In this document: in pieces, positions 36,401 to 44,174 of the stretch | How positions within the stretch are numbered: the stretch's first letter is position 1 | Layout: the number at the start of each line of letters is the position of its first letter | From: Patescibacteria group bacterium | Lineage (GTDB): Bacteria; Patescibacteriota; Minisyncoccia; RBG-13-40-8-A | Length of the DNA stretch: 44,174 nucleotides | Direction of reading: 5' to 3' | Assembly (NCBI GenBank): GCA_018829905.1 | Contig: JAHJST010000025.1 | Span: 1-44,174 of the forward strand | The notes under the pieces: model-generated | What the model was told of the DNA's origin: nothing | Databases searched by the model: none | Seen by the model: only the letters and a program-made list of their open reading frames with translations | Translations under genes and position numbers: made by a program

Positions 36401-39400
36401 TTGTGCATCGTTATACAGCTGTATTACTCCATCAGTAGCACTATCTATTCTAAATCTATTACTTTTTTGCAATACTCCCCCAAAGGCCACGTCACTAGTA
36501 AAATAACCTGTTCCGACAACATATAAAGCTTTTGTCGGCCCTGTTGTCCCGATGCCTATATTTCCTTGAACATATAAATGAGATGAGATTGATGCTATTC
36601 CATCAAAACTAACACTTCCTGAGCTTACAATTGAACTTCTAAAGATGGCTGTTCCATTTACGTCTAATAAAGCAGCAGGAACGGTTGTCCCGATGCCGAC
36701 GTTGCCTTGAATTGCTAATCCGTCCGTTGGTCCTGCAGAAGCCGCATATCCTGAACCAATGACAGCATTTCCACTGACGGCTAACTTTGACCCAGGCGAA
36801 GCTGTCCCGATGCCGACGTTGTCGCTTATATATGCCGTCCCTAAAACATCAAGAGTGTTAGTTGGGTCGGTAGTGGCATTATCCGCTATAGTAATACCTG
36901 AAGCTCCGATAAGCATCTTTGTTTTTGAGGTTGAAACATTATATATAGCAAAACCACCATTAGCCGCTGCTGGTTTTCCTGCGACTAATTGCCAACTTTG
37001 ACCATTAGCCCCAGTATTAACTATCCCAATTCGTGAAGTTGATTGGTCTCCTGATGATACAGTTAATAATGACCCTGGCGCCGTCGTCCCGATGCCGACG
37101 TTGCCTCCTGATAATATAGTCATACGACTTGTTCCAGTAACAGTCGTATTATTGGCTGCTGTAAAAAATTGTATATTGGTAGCTGCATTCATTATAGAAG
37201 ACCCTCCACCAATTTGCACATAATTATCGCTTGTATCTGACACGGCATACATTAAACTAATTGGTTCTTCTGCGTTTGTATAATGATACATACCCAAACG
37301 ACCATATTTATCTGTGGTGTTTGTTCTTGTATTAGCTGCTGAATCAGCACCTAATACAATAGATAATCCACCATTTGCAACATCAAGTTTTCCAGTCGGA
37401 TTCGTCGTCCCGATGCCGACGTTGCCGCTTGGTTGTATTCTCATCCTTTCCACACCAGTATTTGAGGTAACTGGATTTGTAACAAATCGTATAGCACTTC
37501 CGCCATTACTACCATCTGTGTCCCCTATTACTGAAATATCTAATATACGAGTATAAGGTGCACCAGCAATTGTGTAAGAATCTAATGTGGTCTTAGCTGG
37601 ACTATTCCAAGTTTTAAGAGATACCCCTGTTCCAGAAATACCGAATGATAACTGACCAACTGGCGCCGTCGTCCCGATGCCGACGTTGCCTTGTATTGTA
37701 AATTGTCCTGATACGCTCGCTGTGCCATCAACGGCTAATTTAGCAGTCGGAAGGAGAGTCCCGATGCCGACGTTGCCGTTCATTACTGCTAACCCTGCTG
37801 TCCCTGGAGTAGCTGTTCCTATTCCAACATTTCCTCCACTTGTGATAGTCATTGCTAAAGAATTATTATTACCAAATTTCATATCAGTATTTTCAAAATT
37901 CCAAAATAAAGGTTGTTCTACTGAATTTAGTCCTATCCTAAGTCCATCTGAGGTAGTTTGCCCGGTCCCATCATTTGTAAAATATTGATAAGTAGTTGCC
38001 CCTGTTGCACCATTATGTAACCATAACGGAATTGCATTTACATTACTTGTTCCAACATCTACCTGAAGTTTAGATAATGAAGGATTAGTCGTCCCGATGC
38101 CGACGTTGCCTGATTTATCTATTGTCACTGCCGTAGTCAATGTCCCGCCAGTGTTAGCAGTTCGTAAGTAAAGTTTGCCACCCACATCCACGGAGGTATC
38201 CTGAAGTCCGCCAGCAATAGCCGCTGGTGTATAACGAGTAGTGCCGCTACTATAATGATTTTCAAAAACTAATTGTGACTGTATGTTAGTTGGAGCCCAC
38301 GCATTAGTAATACCAGAACTAATTACAGCAAGGGTATTAAACCCTGTATTGTCGTTTACATTTTTAAGAACATCAAATAATACTGTAGGACTAGTCGTCC
38401 CGATGCCGACGTTGCCGGCACTTGTTATTCTGACCTGTTCCGTTTGCGCCCCACCATTTGTGTTGGTGGTAAATGTTATCTTTGATGGAGGACGATTCCC
38501 TGATGTAGGTACCCCATCAACCGAAAGTAATATGCCCGCGGTAGCAAAAAAACCTGTGCCTCCATGTGCATTTCCTTGAAGTAGAAGGATTTGATCTCCA
38601 TCAGAAACAATAGAAGGAGAAGCATGTGTCCCACCCGATCTTACCCCATATATTACAGACCTTGCCCCTGCTCCAGATATAGCTAGACTACTTTCTACCG
38701 CATCTTTGGCTAAATGTAATTGATACCCCGGCCCCGTCGTCCCGATGCCGACGTTGCCGTTCATTACTGCCAGACCCGCTGTCCCTGGATTAGCAGTACC
38801 AATTCCAATATTTCCACTTCCAAATATTGTTATTGCATTGACAGGGGTTCCAGCCGTTTTTGTGCGGAAATACCAGTTACTAACGTCAGTGTTAAACGGG
38901 AAATCCACATATACTTGACCAGTTGTAGCGTTTACCCACGTATCTAGCCCGGAATCAGTACCACTTCTAAAGATTTTGAAATGCGGATTTCCACTCGATG
39001 GCTCTATGTGAAGATTAGCCGTCGGCCCCGTCGTCCCGATGCCGACGTTGCCTTGATTTTGTATATACAAGACCTCGCTGATACTGGCTGTGCCTGCTAC
39101 TTCCAATGTTGCCCCTATATCGGTTGTCCCGATGCCGACGTTGCCGCTACTTCTTTGAATCCTCATAGCCTCATAATATGAACCACCGTAATATCTATCT
39201 ATTGCTAAATCAGAATCTGGAGTGACAGAGTGTCTAAATCCCCAATAAGGACTAGTAGCATAATTAAACCTTAGAATTGGAGTTGTTCCTGGGGTATCTG
39301 ACCTATTAACGGTTGATAGGTTTAATAACGCTCCTGGGTCGCTGGTGCCTATACCTACCATTGAGTTTGATGCTACAACAAAGGTTGTGTCCATTATTCT

Positions 39401-42400
39401 GGTTTCTGCACTTATAGATGCTGTCCCATCAACGCTTAACTTATATCCAGGGCTGGTGTCTCCGATGCCGACGTTGCCTTGATTTGTTATTCTCATTTTC
39501 TCGGAAATATTAACTGCATCACGATATGTGGTGAAAAATGCTAATCCCGTAGTACCACCAAATGTATCATTTTCATCTACTGCGGTAATTTTTGCTCTAA
39601 CTCCAGCTACACCTGACGTCCAGGCACTAACATCATTTGAATAAAATTGTAATTGTCCTATTGTTTCTCCATCAGCCACAACAGTATTACTAGATTCAAG
39701 TCGTAAGATATTATTAGCGGAAGTACTTTTTATATTAAGAAGTGCCCCCGGCCCCGTCGTCCCGATGCCGACGTTGCCCGTTATATCATTCATATTTATA
39801 GTACCTACTCCAGAAATTATAGACAATGTATTGGCAGTATTTCCATAATTTATCTGCCCTTTTATTGTTCCTGCTGATTTAAATAAAATTCCCGGCACTC
39901 CACTTGTTGTTGTATCTAAAGTAATATATCCATAACCTGCGTCCCCTTTAAATTTTGCTACTCCAATACCGCTTACATGAGTTCCCAAAACATCTAATGT
40001 CGCCCCCGGCGTTGTCGTCCCGATGCCCACATAATTAGCACCCGCATCTACATAAAGGGTGCCGCTGTCTATGTTCATTCCTGATGCTACGGTTAGTTCG
40101 TCCCATAGGGTTAAAGCTCCTGAGATAGATGCTGTGCCATCAACGCTTAGTTTAGCAGTCGGAAGGATAGTCCCGATGCCGACGTTGCCGGTTCCTTTTA
40201 TAGTCATCACAACGTCACTGGTTGTCTTGTAAGCAGAATTGAAAAGCGAATGAAAATTAAAATTGGTCGAAGTACCATCAAACACCATTCCAATACCTCC
40301 GACGGGCGTACCATTTGCTCCAACTTCATTTCGCCATATAATACCCTTTGTCCCCGTTCCCAACCCGCCAATATTATGTAACGTAAGTATTTCTGCGTCA
40401 GTAGTAGTACCAATGTTAGTTTGGATGTGTAATTTCCCCTGAGGTCCCGTCGTCCCGATGCCGACGTTGCCGCCAGTGAAATAAGAATTACCGGACCCTG
40501 CCGATTGTACAGGTCCGGGTCTGAACTTTTCGTAGCCGGTTCCTGGATTATCTCTAACCGCTATCGCTCCGTCACTTTCAATAGCTAGTTGTGAAGCAAC
40601 CACTCCTCCCCAGTGAAAGCTGAGCCGCGGCGGTAGATAGGCACTTGTACCACCAAATTGGGCTTCACGTAATTGTATTGGAGCTGTAGCATAATTAGTA
40701 GCTACATTATCACTTTGAGCCAGGATAGAGCTGCCGAGTGCTTTTATATTACCATTTACATCCAACTTCGCCCCTGGAGACACAGTCCCGATGCCGACGT
40801 TGCCTTGATTTTGTATATACAAGACCTCGCTGATACTGGCTGTGCCTGCTACTTCCAATGTTGCCCCTATATCGGTTGTCCCGATGCCGACGTTGCCGTT
40901 CTGGTCCATCAACATACCAGTATTCAATGTGCCACCTGAATTATATGTTTGTAGCTGTAACTTACCTCCTTGTCCAACAACTGGATTAAAATAAGCCGAA
41001 ATTAATGCATGATTATAGTAACCATTAAAAGTAAGTGATTCTCCTTGGGTATAATCTTGTGCGCTTGGATTACTCAAAGTAACAAGATTTGCAATACCAA
41101 AAAAACCCTTATTGACTGTTAGAGGTGCCCCCGGCCCCGTTGTCCCGATGCCGACGTTGCCTGAGCTTACTATCACATTGTTTCTCGGGTTTAAAATTAT
41201 ATTATCAGTTCCAGCTTGGTGAAAATCTATAAGGAGACGACTTGTCCCATCCGAATCCTTAAAATTATATCCTGTATATGACCCTTGATTTCCTTGAAAT
41301 TCAAGTATTCCATTACTACTATTTCTACCTATTTTGTAGTAAATCCCACCACCCATACCTATTCTTAATTGATCGCTTGAAGTTGTTCCTACAATGTCCA
41401 GAGCACTTCCCGGTGCCGTCGTCCCGATGCCGACGTTGCCTTGTATTGTAAATTGTCCTGATACGCTGGCGGTGCCATCAACGCTTAGTTTAGCAGTCGG
41501 AAGGAGAGTCCCGATGCCGACGTTGCCAGTGCTTGCAATACTCATTAATTCGAGTCCAGTACCACTTAAAATAGATAATCTTTCAGAATCTTCGCCATCT
41601 TGATAATTAGACCTGATAGTAAATCTCTTGTCTGTCTCATTTCCTGAAGTAATATCAAAAGAAGCAGTAGCAGTAGAGGCAATACTTAATAAAGCAGTAG
41701 GCCCCGTCGTCCCGATGCCGACGTTGCCGAGTACATTGAAACCATATTCACCAGCACCAATATTCTCCAAAGTTAATGACGTATCTGTATACCCTGTATT
41801 TGTTAGTATTCTAAATTTCCTAGCTGCAGTAGCATCAATCAATAGTGGGTAAGTAGAATTTTGAGGGTCTTTGAGTGCCAATATATCATCACCATTAGAA
41901 GCAGCAGCCACTTCCAACTTCGCCCCTGGACTCGTTGTGCCGATGCCGACGTTGCCTTGTATTATAGTTTGTCCTGAGATACTTGCAGTGCCATCAACGC
42001 TTAGTTTAGCAGTCGGAAGGAGAGTCCCGATGCCGACGTTGCCGCTGTCTAAAAAGGTTACAAGTTCCGCTCCACCAGTGGTTGTTGTTCTATTATGACC
42101 AAAATGATAGCCGGCCCCCGTTTGATTGTTATCCGAATCAATATTAAAAAACATTTCATCCGCAGTATTGATAGTTGCATTGATAGATCCCGCCGTACCC
42201 AATGTCAAAACCGGAGAAAAATTAGCGGTACCTAAGAATGTTCCCTCACCGGCAACTACAAGTTTTGTCCCCGGACTCGTTGTCCCGATGCCGACGTTGC
42301 CGCTTCCTTCTAAATGCAACACCGGGCTTGAACTCCAAGTTCCTGCAGAAGTAAGTAAATAATAATCAAGTTTTCCAGAAGAAACACCAGCTGAATATTT

Positions 42401-44173
42401 TGTTCCCTGTAAATAAGCTGTGTTTAAACCATCAACATCAAAAAGTATAATCTTCTGTCCTGTGGTTGAATCTAATCTCATCGCTCCAACCGCAGAACCA
42501 CCTGTGTCTATATCTAATTTAGCCCCCGGTCCCGTCGTCCCGATGCCGACGTTGCCGGTTGATTGCTCAAGAACCATTACATTCTTTGCGTTTTGCTCGT
42601 CAAAAAAGTACAAATGCGTTGCATCATTCGCACGCTGTCCAATACTCCATCTCCATCCACTCGCACCTGTATTGAAATACAAATTAGCATCGCTTGTTGA
42701 GACAGAACGTGTAATTCCAATTCCACTTGAATTCTTCGCTACTTCAAGAGCCAACACTGGATTCGTCGTCCCGATGCCGACGTTGCCGCTTCCTAAAATT
42801 GTGACCAAATCCGTTGTGTAATTCTGAATTTTAAGAACAGTTTCAGTGGCGGCGAGTGCCATAATTGATGTTCCTGCTACATCCTTTTTTGCGCCTACAA
42901 TGCCAACTGCCTGCAATGTTGCTGTTGGAGAATTACTTCCAATTATTCCGAATAAATCCAATCCTTGAGCATTAGCGTCAGATGCTCCATATAATCTGTA
43001 TCCTCCAGCAGTTGAAGATATAATGGTATGGTAAGCAAAAGTAGTATCATTAGACGCACCGAACCATCCTGATAAGCCATTACTTACATCTGCGTCGGAG
43101 AGAATAAAATTTCCATCACGAACATCTAATTTTCCAGTCGGCGCCGTCGTCCCGATGCCGACGTTGCCTGTTTCTGTTATTCTAACCTTTTCACCATTAT
43201 CGGAACCATAAAAAGCAGACATACCATCATCTCTTACAATAAATCTTGTAGCCCCAGCAGAATTTGCTGCTTCAAGTGAATATGTAGCCGAGGTTGTTCC
43301 TGCACCTCTTATAGACAACCTACCATTTCCAACTCCCGCTGTTCCGACTCTAAGGTCACCGGTTATTATCCCAATACCTACAACATGAAGAGGTGAGCTT
43401 GGCACCGTCGTCCCGATGCCGACGTTGCCTTGACTATCTATTCTCATTTTCTCGGTTAAATTAGTAGCACTTCCTCCAAGGTTAGTATAGAAAACCATAT
43501 CCTGCCTATAATTAATACCTTGTCCAACAGATATAGTGCCTATTTTCCCAGCCTGCCAATTCTCCCCAGTATACCCTGCCATAAAACCAATCGCTGGACC
43601 GGAAACGACGTCCCCAGCAGCCGGTCCCGCTTGTAGATTTAATACCGTGTTTAAACCAGACGCTGTAGAACCTTTAATATGCAAATTATAGAGTGGCCCC
43701 GTCGTCCCGATGCCGACGTTGCCTTGATTTTGTATATACAAGACCTCGCTGATACTGGCTGTGCCTGCTACTTCCAATGTTGCCCCTATATCGGTTGTCC
43801 CGATGCCGACGTTGCCAGAAGTATTGATTGTCATAGCCAATACTCCATTAGCGCCTAATTGTAATTTGGAACCAATTCCACTAGATAAAATAGCTAAATC
43901 GGTAGACAACCCTCCACTAAATTCTTGATCAGCATTTGCAATTCTACCAATTATTGTCCCCCCGACAGACAATGCTATTTCCGCACGAGTTGCATGATTA
44001 ACGGTCAATAACTCGCCCGGTGCCGTCGTCCCGATGCCGACGTTGCCGCTTGTTTGTTCAATGACTACCTTTGGTGTAGCCGCACCTGCAAAAAACTCTG
44101 CACGACCGCTGTCTTTTAAAACAAACAAATTCAAAGTATTGGCTTCGTTATTAAACCTATATCCTGCCGCCGC
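33461..44173 (-). CDS. Giant GNVGIGT-repeat fibre/adhesin with peptidase S74 chaperone domain (5' partial, >3570 aa)
   Basis: Frame open to the window edge; about 40 GNVGIGT-like motifs; SDERLK..RGVTFNW..GMIAQEVE; Cys-rich repeat; Pro/Glu tail. Confidence 0.88.
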   Translation of the reverse strand, partial: AAAGYRFNNEANTLNLFVLKDSGRAEFFAGAATPKVVIEQTSGNVGIGTTAPGELLTVNHATRAEIALSVGGTIIGRIANADQEFSGGLSTDLAILSSGIGSKLQLGANGVLAMTINTSGNVGIGTTDIGATLEVAGTASISEVLYIQNQGNVGIGTTGPLYNLHIKGSTASGLNTVLNLQAGPAAGDVVSGPAIGFMAGYTGENWQAGKIGTISVGQGINYRQDMVFYTNLGGSATNLTEKMRIDSQGNVGIGTTVPSSPLHVVGIGIITGDLRVGTAGVGNGRLSIRGAGTTSATYSLEAANSAGATRFIVRDDGMSAFYGSDNGEKVRITETGNVGIGTTAPTGKLDVRDGNFILSDADVSNGLSGWFGASNDTTFAYHTIISSTAGGYRLYGASDANAQGLDLFGIIGSNSPTATLQAVGIVGAKKDVAGTSIMALAATETVLKIQNYTTDLVTILGSGNVGIGTTNPVLALEVAKNSSGIGITRSVSTSDANLYFNTGASGWRWSIGQRANDATHLYFFDEQNAKNVMVLEQSTGNVGIGTTGPGAKLDIDTGGSAVGAMRLDSTTGQKIILFDVDGLNTAYLQGTKYSAGVSSGKLDYYLLTSAGTWSSSPVLHLEGSGNVGIGTTSPGTKLVVAGEGTFLGTANFSPVLTLGTAGSINATINTADEMFFNIDSDNNQTGAGYHFGHNRTTTTGGAELVTFLDSGNVGIGTLLPTAKLSVDGTASISGQTIIQGNVGIGTTSPGAKLEVAAASNGDDILALKDPQNSTYPLLIDATAARKFRILTNTGYTDTSLTLENIGAGEYGFNVLGNVGIGTTGPTALLSIASTATASFDITSGNETDKRFTIRSNYQDGEDSERLSILSGTGLELMSIASTGNVGIGTLLPTAKLSVDGTASVSGQFTIQGNVGIGTTAPGSALDIVGTTSSDQLRIGMGGGIYYKIGRNSSNGILEFQGNQGSYTGYNFKDSDGTSRLLIDFHQAGTDNIILNPRNNVIVSSGNVGIGTTGPGAPLTVNKGFFGIANLVTLSNPSAQDYTQGESLTFNGYYNHALISAYFNPVVGQGGKLQLQTYNSGGTLNTGMLMDQNGNVGIGTTDIGATLEVAGTASISEVLYIQNQGNVGIGTVSPGAKLDVNGNIKALGSSILAQSDNVATNYATAPIQLREAQFGGTSAYLPPRLSFHWGGVVASQLAIESDGAIAVRDNPGTGYEKFRPGPVQSAGSGNSYFTGGNVGIGTTGPQGKLHIQTNIGTTTDAEILTLHNIGGLGTGTKGIIWRNEVGANGTPVGGIGMVFDGTSTNFNFHSLFNSAYKTTSDVVMTIKGTGNVGIGTILPTAKLSVDGTASISGALTLWDELTVASGMNIDSGTLYVDAGANYVGIGTTTPGATLDVLGTHVSGIGVAKFKGDAGYGYITLDTTTSGVPGILFKSAGTIKGQINYGNTANTLSIISGVGTINMNDITGNVGIGTTGPGALLNIKSTSANNILRLESSNTVVADGETIGQLQFYSNDVSAWTSGVAGVRAKITAVDENDTFGGTTGLAFFTTYRDAVNISEKMRITNQGNVGIGDTSPGYKLSVDGTASISAETRIMDTTFVVASNSMVGIGTSDPGALLNLSTVNRSDTPGTTPILRFNYATSPYWGFRHSVTPDSDLAIDRYYGGSYYEAMRIQRSSGNVGIGTTDIGATLEVAGTASISEVLYIQNQGNVGIGTTGPTANLHIEPSSGNPHFKIFRSGTDSGLDTWVNATTGQVYVDFPFNTDVSNWYFRTKTAGTPVNAITIFGSGNIGIGTANPGTAGLAVMNGNVGIGTTGPGYQLHLAKDAVESSLAISGAGARSVIYGVRSGGTHASPSIVSDGDQILLLQGNAHGGTGFFATAGILLSVDGVPTSGNRPPSKITFTTNTNGGAQTEQVRITSAGNVGIGTTSPTVLFDVLKNVNDNTGFNTLAVISSGITNAWAPTNIQSQLVFENHYSSGTTRYTPAAIAGGLQDTSVDVGGKLYLRTANTGGTLTTAVTIDKSGNVGIGTTNPSLSKLQVDVGTSNVNAIPLWLHNGATGATTYQYFTNDGTGQTTSDGLRIGLNSVEQPLFWNFENTDMKFGNNNSLAMTITSGGNVGIGTATPGTAGLAVMNGNVGIGTLLPTAKLAVDGTASVSGQFTIQGNVGIGTTAPVGQLSFGISGTGVSLKTWNSPAKTTLDSYTIAGAPYTRILDISVIGDTDGSNGGSAIRFVTNPVTSNTGVERMRIQPSGNVGIGTTNPTGKLDVANGGLSIVLGADSAANTRTNTTDKYGRLGMYHYTNAEEPISLMYAVSDTSDNYVQIGGGSSIMNAATNIQFFTAANNTTVTGTSRMTILSGGNVGIGTTAPGSLLTVSSGDQSTSRIGIVNTGANGQSWQLVAGKPAAANGGFAIYNVSTSKTKMLIGASGITIADNATTDPTNTLDVLGTAYISDNVGIGTASPGSKLAVSGNAVIGSGYAASAGPTDGLAIQGNVGIGTTVPAALLDVNGTAIFRSSIVSSGSVSFDGIASISSHLYVQGNIGIGTTGPTKALYVVGTGYFTSDVAFGGVLQKSNRFRIDSATDGVIQLYNDAQTDFSMLKFGGTTSSFPALKKSATTLAVRLADDSGDAGLTVGTLTTSGNVGIGTTSPGALLNVFKAETTGTNLVLGNFQTVPVNGGGSGIIRATAAVYTSEFEQNNGGAGPFRFGSNYVDTNIVNNYAASGGTYGNINFVTGNVGGSSIAMTIGGGTQRGNVGIGTTNPTGKLEVAGTGTTDDDVIFKFSMGSNDTSHSATDFRVGSPASSWGGMRFSNPSSNVTNVELSNWNGSARTVRMGIYGTSGNVGIGTTGPAEKLDVVGNIKLSGNITGGIKFDFVRASISDSLTATDIIRGGTLTDGTAILTGGALTGATGNISMWTNDSSYLTGNQTITLSGDVTGSGTTAITTTIAANSVALGTDTTGNYAAGDAEAGSALTGDSATSFFSIGTLADALLEATIDRTAFNASGTITATTYQGYSTYGYYYAKDDLYINMDSDNNDADSFVHVQHAGSDVFWIEDDGYVGGVFGAYHSSSDERLKTNITTVTSALEKASQLRGVTFNWTDPDKNQETQIGMIAQEVEAILPEAVHTETTELFDNQKAIEYEKLHGLWAQTFSEMFSIMNIINAPQNIESITINSTGNVGIGNVSPLYKLEVAGGILASSSALTGVLTVSGTASSSFAGGLTVAGDFNVDSGTLFVDNASNNVGIGTTNPTYKLTVAGTASISKDLHIGNKLCIGKTCINEKELIKIKENGTSISKEDNITIKHSILPPSLDTNIVSQIINTLKNLGITIKDGITNITKLAVEQFRVKKQKDKDSIVGSDIFPAQQIEYRVKNKLVETNSKIFITFTSDTGGRTYYISEKAQGAGFTIRLSDVTPEPLEFDYWILLVDEEDSPADIASDADIASDNNNAGVVEAFCGDSVVQPGESCDDGNKIDGDGCDSTCIIEEETPPLEPEIIEPTPTPTPTPTPVLEPVVEEPTPDKDGSADIAPEESIPVIDELLKPVVEQPTIEEPQPIEKPVIEPEQTPQSEAVIK
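35643..44047 (-). repeat. Dispersed in-frame 20-bp repeat GGCAACGTCGGCATCGGGAC
   Basis: 31 perfect copies counted by eye, plus about 7 variants extending to about 34443; all in the same codon phase. Confidence 0.95.
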
Positions 44174-44174
44174 A

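Noticed and set aside
33504-42821. + strand ORFs containing VPMPTLP or PDADVA
   Set aside because: Antisense shadows of the repeat in the giant gene
35643-44047. CRISPR array interpretation of the 20-bp repeat
   Set aside because: Intervals are long, highly variable, always multiples of 3 and lie within one open frame; no cas operon or leader
33461-44173. Diversity-generating retroelement target
   Set aside because: No reverse transcriptase in the window; duplicated modules do not show adenine-specific differences
123-44173. Alternative genetic code 25 (TGA = Gly)
   Set aside because: Conserved genes are uninterrupted in code 11 and several end properly at TGA with ATGA overlaps

Overview
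AT-rich bacterial window in the standard code (TGA = stop), nearly all on the - strand. Gene content and style suggest a Patescibacteria/CPR (Parcubacteria-like) genome; this is inference. 1-17.9 kb is housekeeping: metG, rsmI, HIT, AI-2E, M16 peptidase, glyQS, recO, ileS, argS, rplT-rpmI-infC, tmRNA and smpB. Two apparent insertions lie among these, a GC-rich Zn-finger gene and an AAA ATPase. 17.9-33.4 kb is a dense toxin-antitoxin/nuclease region (RelE-RHH, 2x MNT-HEPN, 2x AbiE-type, RhuM/Fic, HicBA, 2x PD-(D/E)XK, 2x NYN) interleaved with dedA, an intein-containing EndoQ-family gene and an O-antigen ligase. 33.5 kb to the end is the 3' part of a giant (>3570 aa) GNVGIGT-repeat fibre/adhesin with a peptidase S74 domain. 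Five signals stand out. (1) About 31 perfect copies of a GC-rich 20-bp DNA repeat with fixed synonymous codons delimit protein modules, some of them duplicated exactly repeat-to-repeat, as in a cassette-shuffling system. (2) Five junctions place TA cassettes between relics of their own flanking genes, consistent with tandem stacking of alleles. (3) Two NYN nuclease genes each face a convergent promoter-hairpin small RNA. (4) tmRNA overlaps the smpB stop and ends 2 nt before the infC ATG. (5) A LAGLIDADG intein sits next to a conserved His of EndoQ. All counts and alignments were made by eye.
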